Assembly (NCBI RefSeq): GCF_006345805.1
Contig: NC_042999.1
Location: 55,180,001 to 55,244,000, forward strand
Length of the DNA stretch: 64,000 nt
Direction: 5' to 3'
Source of the DNA: Octopus sinensis
Lineage: Eukaryota
Part shown: piece after piece, positions 11,816 to 24,851 of the stretch
How the letters are laid out: every line of letters begins with the position of its first letter
How positions within the stretch are numbered: position 1 is the stretch's first letter
The notes under the pieces: generated by a model
Seen by the model: only the letters and a program-made list of their open reading frames with translations
What the model was told of the DNA's origin: nothing
The model's database searches: none
Position numbers and translations under genes: made by a program

Positions 11816-13044
11816 TTGGGTCATCCCATAAATAATGCGGTTTTTCCAACCGCATAAACTAAAAGTTGGAGGGGGACGGGATAAACTACCTGCATCAACT
11901 TGCTATGAAAGCAGGGAGTAATTTTACCTTGTCCTTATTCTTAGTGCAAGTTTTGAAGAGTGCAGTTCGATTTTAACAGTTCGATTTTTTTCAAAGTTAT
12001 AATGGAAGTGACAAAGGAACATATTCAGCATTTTTGCTTTATGAGTTCAATAAAGGCAACAACGTGCAAGAAATATTAATGCAGTATATGGGGATCGGAC
12101 AATAAGCATAATGTCAACTGTGGTTCCAGAAATTCCGAACCGGAAGCTACAGCCTAGAAGATGATCCTCGTCCTGAAAGATTTGTAGAGGTCGACGAGGA
12201 CGTCCTGCAAACTCTGGTGGAACAAAATCCCGTCGTAACTGTTGAGGAACTAGCAGAGAAGCTTGGATTTGGAGATCATTCATCGACACCTGTTTACCAT
12301 CGGAAAAGTCAGCAAGTTAGATTAGACTCGGAAGGGTTGCTCACAAACCTTCCGAGTCTAAACGCGCGCAGAGAGTGAGTGCTCTTTACTGTCACATCTC
12401 ACGAATGAACCTTTTTTTGGACCGAATAGTGACTGGTGACGAGAAACGGGTCTCTATAAAAGGGTCAAGCGCCGAAGACAGTGGGTTGGGAAAGGAGAAA
12501 CACCAGCACCCCAGACTATAGACGGTCTTCGCCCATGTAAGATGTTGTTATCCGTTTGGTGGGATATGAAAGGCGTAGTCCACTTTGAACTTTCAAACCC
12601 AAACCAAACGATAACAAAGGAGAGCCACTGTGAACAGTTTGAGCGGCTTAAGTCAGCGCTAGAGGAAAAACGACCATCTTTCGTTTCAAGGTGTTCTATT
12701 TGGATAATGTTCGATCACATACAGCGAGGTTGACATTCCAAAGGTTGGAGCAGTTTGAATGGGAAACGATGCCCCCCCCCCACCCAGATGCTCCATCTGA
12801 TTATCACTTATTCCACAGTCTTCAAAATCATTTGGACGGAAAAAATATGAATTCTGTAGACGAGGTCAAAACAGTATTGGAGGAGTATTTTTGGAAGAGG
12901 GGCCTTGCAAGTGTACCAGAATGATGGAAGAGCATTGTAGAAAATGAAGGAGAGTATATTTTAGATTAAAAAGAATTTGCTTATCTTATATTGAAAAATA
13001 AAAAAAAAGTATAGAAAAACCGCATTATTTATGGGATGATCCAA
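11816..13044 (+). mobile_element. Mariner (DD34D-type) transposon, near full length, decayed
   Basis: TIRs ttgggtcatcccataaataatgcggttttt / aaaaaccgcattatttatgggatgatccaa, TA on the left flank. Confidence 0.95.
12002..12969 (+). pseudogene. Frameshifted mariner transposase
   Basis: Fragments MEVTKEHI, YEFNKG, RIVTGDEK, LLSVWWDMKGVVHFE, DNVRSH, APSDYHLFHSL, ENEGEYILD* across frames. Confidence 0.92.
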
Positions 13045-13649
13045 TGTATATGTGTGTGTGCGTGTTTGTGTGTATGAAAACACGTACACACACTTAAGCC
13101 GACATTTTACATTTCGCGGTAATTGGGCCGTTACAATCTGCAACCAACGATTTTAATTTCCATCCATTGCAATGGAAAATAAATAACCTTTACCCGAAAC
13201 ACTTCAAATTCAAAATGAAGTCCACATAACCGCATGTACCTACTTACAGCTCAACAGACAGGGTTCTATGGTGTGGTTAAGACATGGTCATAACACAGAG
13301 CGGCCCCGTAACATGGATACGACAATGGCTTAAACACATTGAATTTGACCTTTTAGGCGAAAGTAGTTTCACTTCCATAAAATCTAGATTCCAGTAGATA
13401 TCTCGGTCGTTACCTCGGACCACCCACATATTCGTTTCAGCCACGAAAAAAATTTCACAAAATTCCTGATTTTGTCTGCTACATTCTTTTACATTCTTCA
13501 CCATTTTGGTAACTGTCAGTAAGGTGATAGCAGTGTATGATTTATTTATTTATTTTTCTTGAGCCCCAGGACGCGTAAGATCGGTTACTTAGTTTCCATG
13601 GTTGATAAGTGACCGTCATCACTGAACGAGACGCCGGTCCGTTACGATG

Positions 13650-13910
13650 TCCAAAGCCAGTAATTTTGAGAAGAGGGGACAAGTCGATTTGCCCGACCCC
13701 TGTAATTGACTGATACTTTATTTTATCAATCGTGAGACGATAGCACTGTAGTACTTGTACCTCTTGTGGACTGCTCTGTCGAAATAAATAAATACAACCC
13801 TAGATTGATGAAAGATACCGTCGACTTCCCCGAGACTTGAATTTAGGAGCTGGAAGTAATGCCGTTTAGCATTTTGTCCGATGTGCTAACGATTCTACCG
13901 GCTCGCCACC
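13650..13910 (-). mobile_element. Degenerate SINE B interrupted by the short repeat at 13725-13794
   Basis: SINE B body split between ttttatcaa and caaccctag. Confidence 0.7.
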
Positions 13911-13922
13911 AATAAATATGTC

Positions 13923-14083
13923 TAGGCAGGAGTGGCTGTGTTATAAGAAGCATGCTTCCCAAGCACATGGTTCCGGGTTCAGTCCCATTGGGTGACATCT
14001 TGGGCAAGTGTCTTCTACTATAGCCCCGGGCTGATTAAATCTTTGTAAGTGGATTTGGTAGACAGAAACTGAAGAAGGCCATC

Positions 14084-14150
<67 letters not shown>

Positions 14151-14443
14151 GTATATATAACCCTTTATTATAATAAGGGTTAGGCCTAATCCTTATTATA
14201 ATAAATATTGTTTAAGTTTACCGATAATGGTCTTTTACATACCGAATCACTACTTGGTGGATATTAATTATTATTAATTAATAATTAATTTTAACCTTTA
14301 TTATTATCATTATTATCATTATATATATATATATATCACCGCGACCGACCAGGCTATCAGATGTTGCTACACATCGCTGGTCACAATGCGCTTCGCATTG
14401 TTTTAGCCTTCAAATGACGCCACCCCGCTGGCTAAGCGAGCAG

Positions 14444-14498
<55 letters not shown>

Positions 14499-14762
14499 TA
14501 TATATACACAATACTTATATATATATATATATTATAACAATACATATATATATATGTGTGTGTGTCTGTCTGTCTTTTACTCCCCCATCATCGCTTGACA
14601 ACCGATATTAGTGTGTTTATATCCCCGTAACTTAGCGGTTCGGCAAAAGAGACCGATAGAATAAGTACTAGGCTTACAAAGAATAAGTCCTGGGCTTGAT
14701 TTGTTCGACTAAAGGCGGCGCTGCAGCACGGCTGTAGTCAAATGACTGAAACAATAAAAGAA
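13923..14762 (+). mobile_element. SINE family A expanded by nested insertions in its internal TA tract
   Basis: 5' half 13923-14085, 3' half 14555-14762; palindromic fragment 14158-14320 and SINE C tail 14336-14447 lie between. Confidence 0.75.
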
Positions 14763-14828
14763 TGATATACAAACACACACACGCATACATAATATATATA
14801 TACATACATATATATATATATCTATATA

Positions 14829-14957
<129 letters not shown>

Positions 14958-14969
14958 CATATATATATA

Positions 14970-14999
<30 letters not shown>

Positions 15000-15000
<1 letters not shown>

Positions 15001-15199
15001 AATCCCTGGAGAAGGACATCATGCTCGGAATGGTCAGTGGCAAGAGAGGAAGAGGCCGACCAAGAACCCGCGGGCTTGACACCATCAAGAGTGATACCGG
15101 AATGGACATAGCCAATCTGAAAGAAGCGGCCCAGGATAGAACTGACTGGAGGACACTGATCCAACGAGTAGACCGAGTCGACTTCGACTGAGCGGATAG
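15000..15199 (+). mobile_element. RTE-clade LINE 3' end (copy 1)
   Basis: [43 protein letters not shown], a BovB-like C-terminus. Confidence 0.85.
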
Positions 15200-15513
15200 A
15201 TATATGATATATATGTATGTGTGTGTGTGTCTGTCTGTCTTTAATCCCCCATCATCGCTTGACAACCGATATTAGTGTGTTTATATCCCCGTAACTTAGC
15301 GGTCGGCAAAAGAGACCGATAGAATAAGTACTAGGCTTACAAAGAATAAGTCCTGGGCTTGATTTGTTCGACTAAAGGCGGCGCTGCAGCACGGCTGTAG
15401 TCAAATGACTGAAACAAATAAAAGAATGATATACACAAACACACACACGCATACATACATATATATATACATACATATATATATATATATATATAATATT
15501 ATATATATATATA

Positions 15514-15552
<39 letters not shown>

Positions 15553-15562
15553 TAATATATAT

Positions 15563-15614
<52 letters not shown>

Positions 15615-15624
15615 ATTTATATAC

Positions 15625-15665
<41 letters not shown>

Positions 15666-15669
<4 letters not shown>

Positions 15670-15866
15670 CCCTGGAGAAGGACATCATGCTCGGAATGGT
15701 CAGTGGCAAGAGAGGAAGAGGCCGACCAAGAACCCGCGGGCTTGACACCATCAAGAGTGATACCGGAATGGACATAGCCAATCTGAAAGAAGCGGCCCAG
15801 GATAGAACTGACTGGAGGACACTGATCCAACGAGTAACCGAGAGTCGACTTCGACTGAGCGGATAG
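15666..15866 (+). mobile_element. RTE-clade LINE 3' end (copy 2)
   Basis: Near-identical to 15000-15199; C-terminal part of ORF 15405..15866. Confidence 0.85.
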
Positions 15867-15902
15867 ATATATGATATGTATGTATGTGTGTGTGTGTGTG
15901 TG

Positions 15903-15958
<56 letters not shown>

Positions 15959-16504
15959 GTGTGTATATGCTCAGTAAACGAACGTCAGTTAGAGGCTGGT
16001 GTTGTCATATTTAGATCAGATGAGACTCGTTGAAGAAGACTCATGATGAAAGCCATTCTAGCTGTAACCACGCCATCGTAATTTTGTAAAGCGGTGGATT
16101 ACGTTATCAAATCCGCCCATCCATTTTAAGACAGAAGGGTGACGCTTGAAGGAGTTGGTTGCCATTTCTTCCATGTCTAACGACCAAAGAAAGGAGCTTC
16201 GCATTCGTTCATAAATTATAGTGTTGTGTTTACCCGACGGTTCACGAAATTGACAAAATAACAAAACTATCGGCGCAGGCATGGACTGTGTGGTTAAGAA
16301 GTTCGCTTTGCAGACATGTGACTTCACGTCCCGTCTCACTTGCACGTGTCTACCCCAGGACCAACAAATTCTTTGTGGGTGACTTTTGTCGACAGCGTAC
16401 ACACACACGCATATAAACACACACAATGGACTCTCCCGTCTTTAGAGGACGTATGAGGGTTTATAAACGTATTTGCTTATAGTGATATATATTTGTGTTG
16501 CCCA

Positions 16505-16732
16505 AAGGCGGCGAGCTGGCAGAAACGTCAGCACGCCGGACTAAATGCGTAGCCGTATTTCGTCTGCCGCTTCTGAGTTCAAATTCCGCCATGGTCGACT
16601 TTGCCTTTCATCCTTTCGGGGTCGATAAATTAAGTACCAGTTACACACTGGAGTTGATAGAATCGACTTAATCCGTTTGTCTGTCCTTGTTTGTCCCCTC
16701 TATGTTTAGCCCCTTGTGGGTAGTAAAGAAAT
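16505..16732 (+). mobile_element. SINE family B monomer with 20-bp TSD
   Basis: TSD atatatatttgtgttgccca on both sides. Confidence 0.9.
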
Positions 16733-16754
16733 ATATATATTTGTGTTGCCCATA

Positions 16755-16938
16755 AGCTCATTCCCTCCATCAAATCGACATTACCTGTACAGGTGCACAT
16801 GTCAGAGGATGAAATAATTGCAGAGCAACGTAAAATGAAGTGTTTTGCACAAGAACAGAACGCAACGCCTGCTCTGGGAACCGAACCCACGATGTCACAA
16901 TCGTGAGTGCAACACGCTAACCACTAAGCCATGCACCT
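16755..16938 (-). mobile_element. SINE family C-related (CORE-like body)
   Basis: Reverse complement gtgcatggcttagtggttag...ggttcggttccc...ttgtgcaaaacactt; related copy at 42965-43260. Confidence 0.65.
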
Positions 16939-17693
16939 TGTGTGTCCGTTCTTAACCACTTACGAACTTAAATACAACTTTGGGGAGGCTAGATTCCCTT
17001 GTTCGAAAATATAAGGACACGTAGTGTCGTATAGCCAGCTGGAGATGATGCCTCCTGGGGCTAAATTACAGCAACATTCGTCCTAAACCAGGACAGCCAG
17101 GTTATGTTGGCAAACAATCTTTACTAAAACTTTGGTGTGTTTCAGCCAAAATAGTAAAATAACCAATCAAGAAAATTTGTCATTTTGAAGTGAAATCTCG
17201 TGGTATCAGAGTCCATTCATGTAGGAGTTTGGTGCCCGAATTGTATCTCTAATTCTGAGAAGCAAGATGTTTCAAAACGAATGCAGTTAGATACTAATTA
17301 TCTCTCTATGGGGAATACACAGTTCTCCTCGAATGCAGTTTTACATCCAAGAACAGAGAGCCGAAGATGGGTGCCTTATGACAAGATATTCCTTGAAGAA
17401 ATTTTGTCCCGATATCGTTTGAAGATGATGCGGTCATTTGAATTGCTTTGGGAATAACCTTAAATAGAACAGAATATGTCGAGGGAAAGTTAATTGTGCG
17501 CAGTGTGCATGTGTCTATAAGCAACAAAAAACGTTATCGATGTATTTATACCTAATATTCATTTATTCTTTTACGTGTTTCAGTTATTTGACTGCGGCCA
17601 TGCTGGAGGACCGCCTTAAAGGGTTGCATACTACTTATTCTATCGGTCTCTTTTTTCCGGGCGGGGGAACAAACACAGATAGACAAATATATA

Positions 17694-17901
17694 CAGGGGT
17701 TGGACAAAATAACGGAAACACCTAGTATCATAATTTTGAAATATCTATAAAACCGTCAAAAGCTTGTTTATTTTTATGTTTTTTGATTTATTATTAGTGT
17801 TGCTTAATATGTTTTGCTAAAATTGCTGTTTCTTTCCAGATATCATCAGAAAAAGGTAATTAAAATTAATTAAAATGACAGATCTATCGAACTTTCAAAG
17901 A
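17694..17901 (+). mobile_element. Tc1-like transposon left end with transposase start
   Basis: TA-CAGGGGTTGGACAAAATAACGGAAACACC terminus; MTDLSNFQR resembles the Tc1 N-terminal DLSDFxRG motif; truncated against SINE A. Confidence 0.65.
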
Positions 17902-18042
17902 ACAAATCGACCCCAGGACTTACTCTTTGTAGGCCCAGTACTTATTCTATCGGTTTATTTTGCCGAACCGCTAAGTTACGGGGACATAAAGACACCAACA
18001 TCGATTGTCAAGCGATGGTTGCGGGACAAACACCGACACACA

Positions 18043-18079
<37 letters not shown>

Positions 18080-18265
18080 TATATATATTATATATATATA
18101 TACATACGACGGACTTCTTCCAGTTTCCGTCTACCAAATCCGTTCAGAAAGTTTTGGTCGGCTCGAAGCTAAAGTAGAAGATAATTTGCCCAAGGTGTCA
18201 CGCAGTGGGACTGAAACCAGAACCATGTGGTTGGGAAGCAAGCTTCTTACCACACAGCCAGGCGT
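17902..18265 (-). mobile_element. SINE family A
   Basis: Reverse-complement match; another 3' piece at 17565-17690. Confidence 0.8.
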
Positions 18266-18914
18266 GTTTCGGAAGATCGGTCAAACATCAATTACGTAAA
18301 CTTAAATGTTCATTTACGAGACAAATGCACTCAGCCCGCTTCATTAACACATATTGGCCAAAATACTTGATATCATCATACACTCCGGTAACATGTTGAG
18401 CCTTTCGCCGCACTATTTAGATTAAGCACATATACACACACACTTGGCTAGACTATATCTGTTTAGCGTTCTGTTTTGTCTCTTACTGTTTTCTGTCATT
18501 CTCTCGACTAGTTTATAAATCATAAAGTAAGAAGCGAATTTGTTTTTTTTTCTTCCCCTCCCGTCTGGTAATCTGCCTGGGACTAGCAGACTTCCCACGA
18601 CTTGCTAACTGGCTAGATATTTGTCTATTGATGTTAAATATCTCCCACAAAGCATGTCCGTTTGAAGGTCAATCACTCTTGACCCCCCCAATCATCAAGC
18701 TTGTTGACCTCGTTCTCTCTCTCTCGCAACTGATTCTACTCAAGAGGAACAACCTATTACAACCTCTTAGAGATGTCAAAAAACGAAAAAGATTCTTGAG
18801 AGTCAAGTACTTGACGTCCTCGTCATCATCGCCGTCGTCATCTCGTTGACTTGGTGGTGGAACATGACGGCTGTTTTCCTGATTTTTTGTTTGTTTGTTT
18901 GTTTTTACAATACC

Positions 18915-19111
18915 TTTTATCGCCTTACAAGTTTCACTCATTAGACTACGACCATGCTGGAGTCCCCCCCCCCGCACTTGAAGAAATTTAGTCGAACGAA
19001 TCGACTAAATTTCTTTTTTAAGCCTGTTACTTATTCGATCTATATCTTTTGCCGAACCGCTCAGTTATGGGGGACATAACGACACCAACACCGGTTGTTA
19101 AGCTGTGGTGG

Positions 19112-19148
<37 letters not shown>

Positions 19149-19385
19149 CGGGCTTTTGTGCATGTGTGTGAGTGTGTGTATGTGCTTGTATTTGTCTTCG
19201 CTCATTGCTTGACAAACCAATGTTGGTTTGTTTACTTTCCGTAACTTAGTGGTTCGGCAAAAGAGACCGACAGAATAAGTACCAGACTTAAATTACAAGT
19301 CCTGGGGTCGATTTGATCTATTAAACCCTTGAAGGCAGTGCTCCAGCATGGCCAATGTTCAATGACTGAAAAATAAAAAAGAAAA
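18915..19385. mobile_element. Two SINE A 3' halves in inverted orientation
   Basis: Minus copy about 18915-19150, plus copy about 19160-19385. Confidence 0.75.
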
Positions 19386-19726
19386 TATATATAAGAGATA
19401 TCGAGGACAACATTACCACAAGTATCCTTCCTTTTTCCAGGCGTTAGGGTATGATCTGAGGGGCACTTGGCTGCTACTTTTTAGCAGAAGATATCTAATA
19501 CAATATCATCTAACTTAGCATTAGATGAACGTTAGCTGCAGTGATAAATGGGATAGTCATTGTTGGAGCGCCTTTGATGATAGTGAAGACTAATCAATCA
19601 CCTACATAAATAGTCAGCAATTATATTAAACCCATCCCGAAAGAGCATTGATGATTCAGCGAATTCTGAAAGTGACAACCGCCACCAGTCAGCACGATAT
19701 CAGAAATACTACTACTACTGCTACTG

Positions 19727-19783
<57 letters not shown>

Positions 19784-19831
19784 ATAATAATAATAATAAA
19801 AAAGAGAGGAAAGGGAGGAATGTTGTAATAA

Positions 19832-20488
19832 AGTGATAAGTGCAGAATTTGTGGACAAAATGTAGAAACCGTATGGAATATTACCAGCCAATGTACGCCA
19901 CTAGCCCAGAAGGAATATAAGAGACGCCACGACAATATAGCAAGGCTTGTCCATTGGACACTTTGCGACAAGTATGGACTTGGCAGAGCAAAAGATTGGT
20001 ACGACCATAAACCTGAAGGCATCGTCGAAAATAGAAATGCAAAGATCCTATGTAATTTTATGATTCAGTGCGACCATGAGATAGAGAATAGGAAGCCAGA
20101 CAGTCTTAATTAAGAAAGAAAACAAACTACGCTGGATCATAGATATAGCAGGCCTGGCTGACAACAAGGTATGCGATAAAGAAGAAAGAAAAGCCGAGAG
20201 ATATGACAGGTTAGCTTGGGAAGTTAAGCAGTTGTGGTCGATGAAAAAGGTGGCAGTAGTACCAATAATCGTCGGAGCCCTGCGAACTGTGAGCAAAAAT
20301 CTCGAGAAGTACGTGGAACAAATAGGGGCTGCAATAAAGGTGGAGCATTTGCAGAAAGCAGCACTGCTTGGAACCGCTCGAGTACTCCGGAAGGTACTCG
20401 AAAAATAATAGGTGTTACGTTAGTTCACTGGCAGTGAACAGCTGACACCGTAGTACATCTCCAGCGTTAGAAGCTGTACAAAGGCAAT

Positions 20489-20490
<2 letters not shown>
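19832..20490 (+). mobile_element. R4/Dong-type non-LTR retrotransposon 3' end (zinc knuckle + restriction-like endonuclease)
   Basis: CRICGQNVETVWNITSQC..YKRRHD..RKPD [frameshift near 20101] ..IIDIA..VVPIIVGAL..LQKAALLGTARVLRKVLEK* (stop 20406-20408); short 3' UTR then (TAA)n. Confidence 0.9.
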
Positions 20491-20549
<59 letters not shown>

Positions 20550-21366
20550 GTAGTAAAAAGGACGACCGCTTGAGTCCATTGTCCTGTTTGGGCTCGGTCG
20601 AACATTTGGAACCAGTCTTTTCCAAGACCAATTAGCCGGAAAATTGACTCCTGGAAAAAAAAAATCATTCCTTGAAGAGCAATTGATGATAATGACAAAC
20701 GGCGGAGCGAAAATGACTGACTCAGTAAGAGGAGAAGGAAGAGGAAGGGGAGGAGTGTTGTAAGTGAAATAATGACAGAGGTCAGATAGTAGGACGGAGG
20801 TCATAATAGCAGTAATAAGGTCGACAACTACAGGTTGTTTTAGATCATAGTACTGGAGTGATTTATCAGCCTGAGGTCAAATTGTAGGACAGGTCAAATG
20901 GCAAAGTGCAGATGTTAATTGCTGCATACGTTTAAAATAGTAGGACCGGGGCTGGAGATGGTGGTGGTGAAATAACACATTACCGGGAGGTTGTTTATTG
21001 CAGAGGTGAGATAGTAAGACGAAGGTCAAATGGTAAAAAAGTAAGGTGAAATAAACAAACATGTTGATTAAAAAAAAAAAACACACCTGGAAAGACCGAA
21101 GGTTTGAGAGCAGAATATCTTTAGCTTTCTGACTAACTCCTCCTCACCACCACCACCGCCGCCATAAACACCACCACCACCACCGCCGCCATAAACACCA
21201 CCACCACCACCGCCGCCACCTGTAGCAACCGACAATGATTGCTTCTCACATAGAGAGACGGTATACTCATTTAGATAAGGCCAGTTTTTGTTATTTTAAT
21301 TAAACAAAAATGAGCAGAGAGAAATCACTACGAGTGGCCAGTGACATGCGTTTGGATGAAATAGAC

Positions 21367-21671
21367 CAGAGGTTCCCAAACTTTATGGGCCACCCCCCTA
21401 CATAATACCCTCAGCGACCCTACCCATATTTTTATGTATAAATAGATATTTTAGATTCTACTAATTTATATATACTATGAATCATTTGATATTTCATATA
21501 TAATTTGTATACAATGCTATAGTAATATTATAATCCCAGTCCACTGCTTTCCTCCCAACGCCTCTTTTTTCTCTACCGCCCCAACCCTCACCGCTTCCTT
21601 AGGTACCAGCGCCCACCTGGACCGTCTCAACGCCCACCGGGGTGCAGCAGCACCCACTTTGAGACCCTATG
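21367..21671. mobile_element. hAT (Charlie-like) MITE
   Basis: Left TIR cagaggttcccaaact, degenerate right TIR actttgagaccctatg, 8-bp TSD aaatagac/gaatagac. Confidence 0.75.
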
Positions 21672-21759
21672 GAATAGACTCGGGTCACTCTATCGATATC
21701 AGTAACTTTGTACCTAATAATGGAGGTTACTTTTTCTATTTTGGCAAGTGCATGCATTG

Positions 21760-21906
21760 GTTAGCGAGTGGGGCAGCCAGAGGTGCCCAACATTGCAACA
21801 TCTGTGCAAAGGAGTGTAGCTCTTCTGCAAGACTGAAAAACCACATCCGTACCGGAAGAGAACAATCACACGATAATATAACCCGAAACCGAGATGCAGC
21901 CGTCAT
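21760..21906 (+). mobile_element. Probable RTE LINE 3' end with a C2H2-like finger remnant
   Basis: CNICAKECSSSARLKNHIRT (C-x2-C-x12-H), isolated, like the fingers at 46707-47039. Confidence 0.55.
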
Positions 21907-22104
21907 ATGGTGGTATTTTATCCGACGCTCTTCCAATTCCGCCATTATCAATCTTAATGACAGTAACCAACAGAAACTGTGAAACTTCCACAATTTATGA
22001 ATTTTCGATAAAAAAGCAACAAAAACTTTAAAGATATCCGCATTATTACCTTTAAATATTCAAATATCATACAGGGATAACAGAGACATTTCCATCTGCT
22101 TTCC

Positions 22105-22522
22105 AATGTTGGCACGAGGCCAGTATTTGTAGGGGGAAGAGGATTGTCGATTACATTGAGCCCAAGTGCACAGCTGGTATTTATTTCATCGACCCTGTAG
22201 GGATAAACGGCAAAATCAACCTCGGCAGAATTTGAACTCAGAGCGTAAAGAGCCGGAAGAAATACCTCAAAGCGTTTTGTTCGACTCGCTAAGCATCCTG
22301 CTCGCCGCCTTAATAATCCTTTCTACTAGAGGTACGAAGCCTGAAATTTTGTGGAGAGGGGGTAAGCCGATTACAGCGACTGGTACTTTAATTTATCGAC
22401 CCCGAAAAGATGAAAGGCAAAGTCGATCTCGGTGGAATTTGAACTCGAAACGTAAGGACGGACGAAATACCGTTGCGCATTTTTGCCCGGTGCGCTAACG
22501 ATTCTGCCAGCTCGCCGCCTTA
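22105..22522 (-). mobile_element. Two adjacent SINE B copies
   Basis: About 22105-22312 and 22318-22522. Confidence 0.8.
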
Positions 22523-22856
22523 ATAGCAATAATGATGATGATGATGATAATGATGATGATGACGATTTCTTTTATTGGTTATGAGGACCCAGGACACAGA
22601 AGCCCACATCAAAAGACGAAATACACGACGGGAAAAGGTGTGTGCGTGTGTGTGCGCGGGTTTACATCGAAGGGAAAAAAACAACAACATTTAAACAAAA
22701 AAACATAAAAACAGAATTTGGAAAAACAAAAAGAAAAAGCTTCTACCACCGCGGGGCAATTCACTTTGGGTAATTCGGGGAAACCTGACACAAAAAGTCG
22801 CGCCTTACTCTGCCCTTTTCAAGGCATTGAAATAATAGTAATAATAGAAATAAATA

Positions 22857-23253
22857 CCAGGCGCAGGAGTGGTAAGTAGCTTGCTTACGAACCACATGGT
22901 TCCGGGTTCAGTCCCACTGCGTGGCACCTTGGGCGAGTGTCTGCTACTATAGCCTCGGGCCGACCAAAGCCTTGTGAGTGGATTCGGTAGACGGAAACTG
23001 AAAGAAGCCTGACGTATATATGTATCTATGTATGTATGTGTGTGTTTGTGTGTCTGTGTTTGTCCCCCTAGCATTGCTTGACAACCGATGCTGGTGTGTT
23101 TATGTCCCCGTTACTTAGCGGTTCGGCAAAAGAGACCGATAGAATAAGTACTGGGCTTACAAAGAATAAGTCCCGGGGTCGAGTTGCTCGATTAAAGGCG
23201 GTGCTCCAGCATGGTCGCAGTCAAATGACTGAAACAAGTAAAAGAGTAAGAGT
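22857..23253 (+). mobile_element. SINE family A, full length
   Basis: High identity to 2397-2805. Confidence 0.9.
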
Positions 23254-23694
23254 AATACGGCTGAAGAAGGAAACCTTCGGCTTCAAGACTTCTAGACAGG
23301 AAGTAGAGTGGTGGGTTGTGGCATTCATGACTAAACGTTGCTGACACAATACAATACTGGCAGAGAAATTCCACCAAATTTAGAACGGACGAAAACATCA
23401 GGCTTACAGACGCCAACTCAATTACAAACCAAAGATTGCTGACAAGCAGCGCAAGAACATATACAACACACCATGCTACATACACATATATGTACAAACT
23501 TCCACACATGCGCGCGCACACACAAACACACACACACATACACACGCGCGCGCAAGCGCTCGTGAGGAAACATATGCAACCATATTGAAAGAATGGAACA
23601 TCCATTGCCAAACTTTATTGTATTTATATCCTGGTACCTCTGTGTGTATATATATATCAGTGTGTGTGCGTGCATGTGTGTGTGTGTGTAAGTG

Positions 23695-23752
<58 letters not shown>

Positions 23753-24604
23753 TGTGTGTGTGTGTGTGTACTAAAACCCTATATATAAGTTTTTCCTGTC
23801 ACGCTTTATATCGTATAGAGAGAGAGGGAGAGAAAATAAAAGAAAGACAGAGGCAGACAAATAGATAGAAGGACAGACAGGCAGATAGATAGATAGATAG
23901 ATATAGATAGATAGATAGATAGATAGATAGAGAGATAGAGAGAGAGAGAGAGAAAGAGAGAGAAAGTGCTAACATGAAAGGTGGAAGATGAAAGCAGGTA
24001 CTCGGCTTGGTGGCAGACAATGTATAAAGCAACGCTTTACAAACACAAAGAGAAATAAGAAGATGATGGAAGCACTGGAGGAGGGAAAGAGAATAAATAT
24101 GAGAGCAATAATTTTCTTTTCAAAGTTTCTATTCATTTCATCATTTGTATAAAAATAAACACCTAGAAATTTGATAAAAGTGAATTGTAATTCTTCTAAA
24201 TATTCCAAATTTCCTGATTTTTTTTCCGATGGTGGAGAAAGTAAACTTCGAAACTCAACCGTCACAAGTCAGGTAATATCCTACTGTTCTTTCATTTGCT
24301 TCAGTCATTTGACTGCGGCCATACTGGAGCACTGCCTTCAAGGGTAATTTGGTCGAAGAAATCGACACCCAGGACTTATTCTTTGCAAGCCTAGTACTTA
24401 TTCTGTTCGGTCGGTCGTTTTTGTCGAACCGCTAATATTATGGGGACATAAACACATCAGCATTGGTTGTCAAGCGATGGCGCAGGGATGGGGGTAAACA
24501 CAAATATATTCATACATACAGATACATGGTTCCGGTCCTTCTTGTGAATGGGTTTGGTAGACGGAAACTGAAAGAAGCCCGTCGTATATATATATATATA
24601 TATA

Positions 24605-24780
24605 GAAAGCACAAAAAAACACAACAACGCGAGGACGTGGAACAAATATAGTATTATTGGACGCTCAGGAAAGAAGGAAAGAATGAGGGTTTAACGTTTC
24701 GAGCAGAGCTCTTTGTTGGAACATAGGAGAAGGAAAGATCCAGAGAAGGGAAGACAGGGAAAAAAATCGCCAACGGTACA
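24605..24780 (-). mobile_element. Penelope-like terminal fragment with degenerate hammerhead
   Basis: Reverse complement of 24689-24723: gttt-ccaacaa-a-gagc-tct-gctc-GAAA-cgtta-aac; stems intact, CUGANGA core mutated. Confidence 0.55.
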
Positions 24781-24784
24781 CACA

Positions 24785-24851
<67 letters not shown>

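Noticed and set aside
21146-21220. 27-bp tandem repeat (about 3 copies) of a CAC/CGC-rich unit
   Set aside because: Ordinary slippage-derived minisatellite
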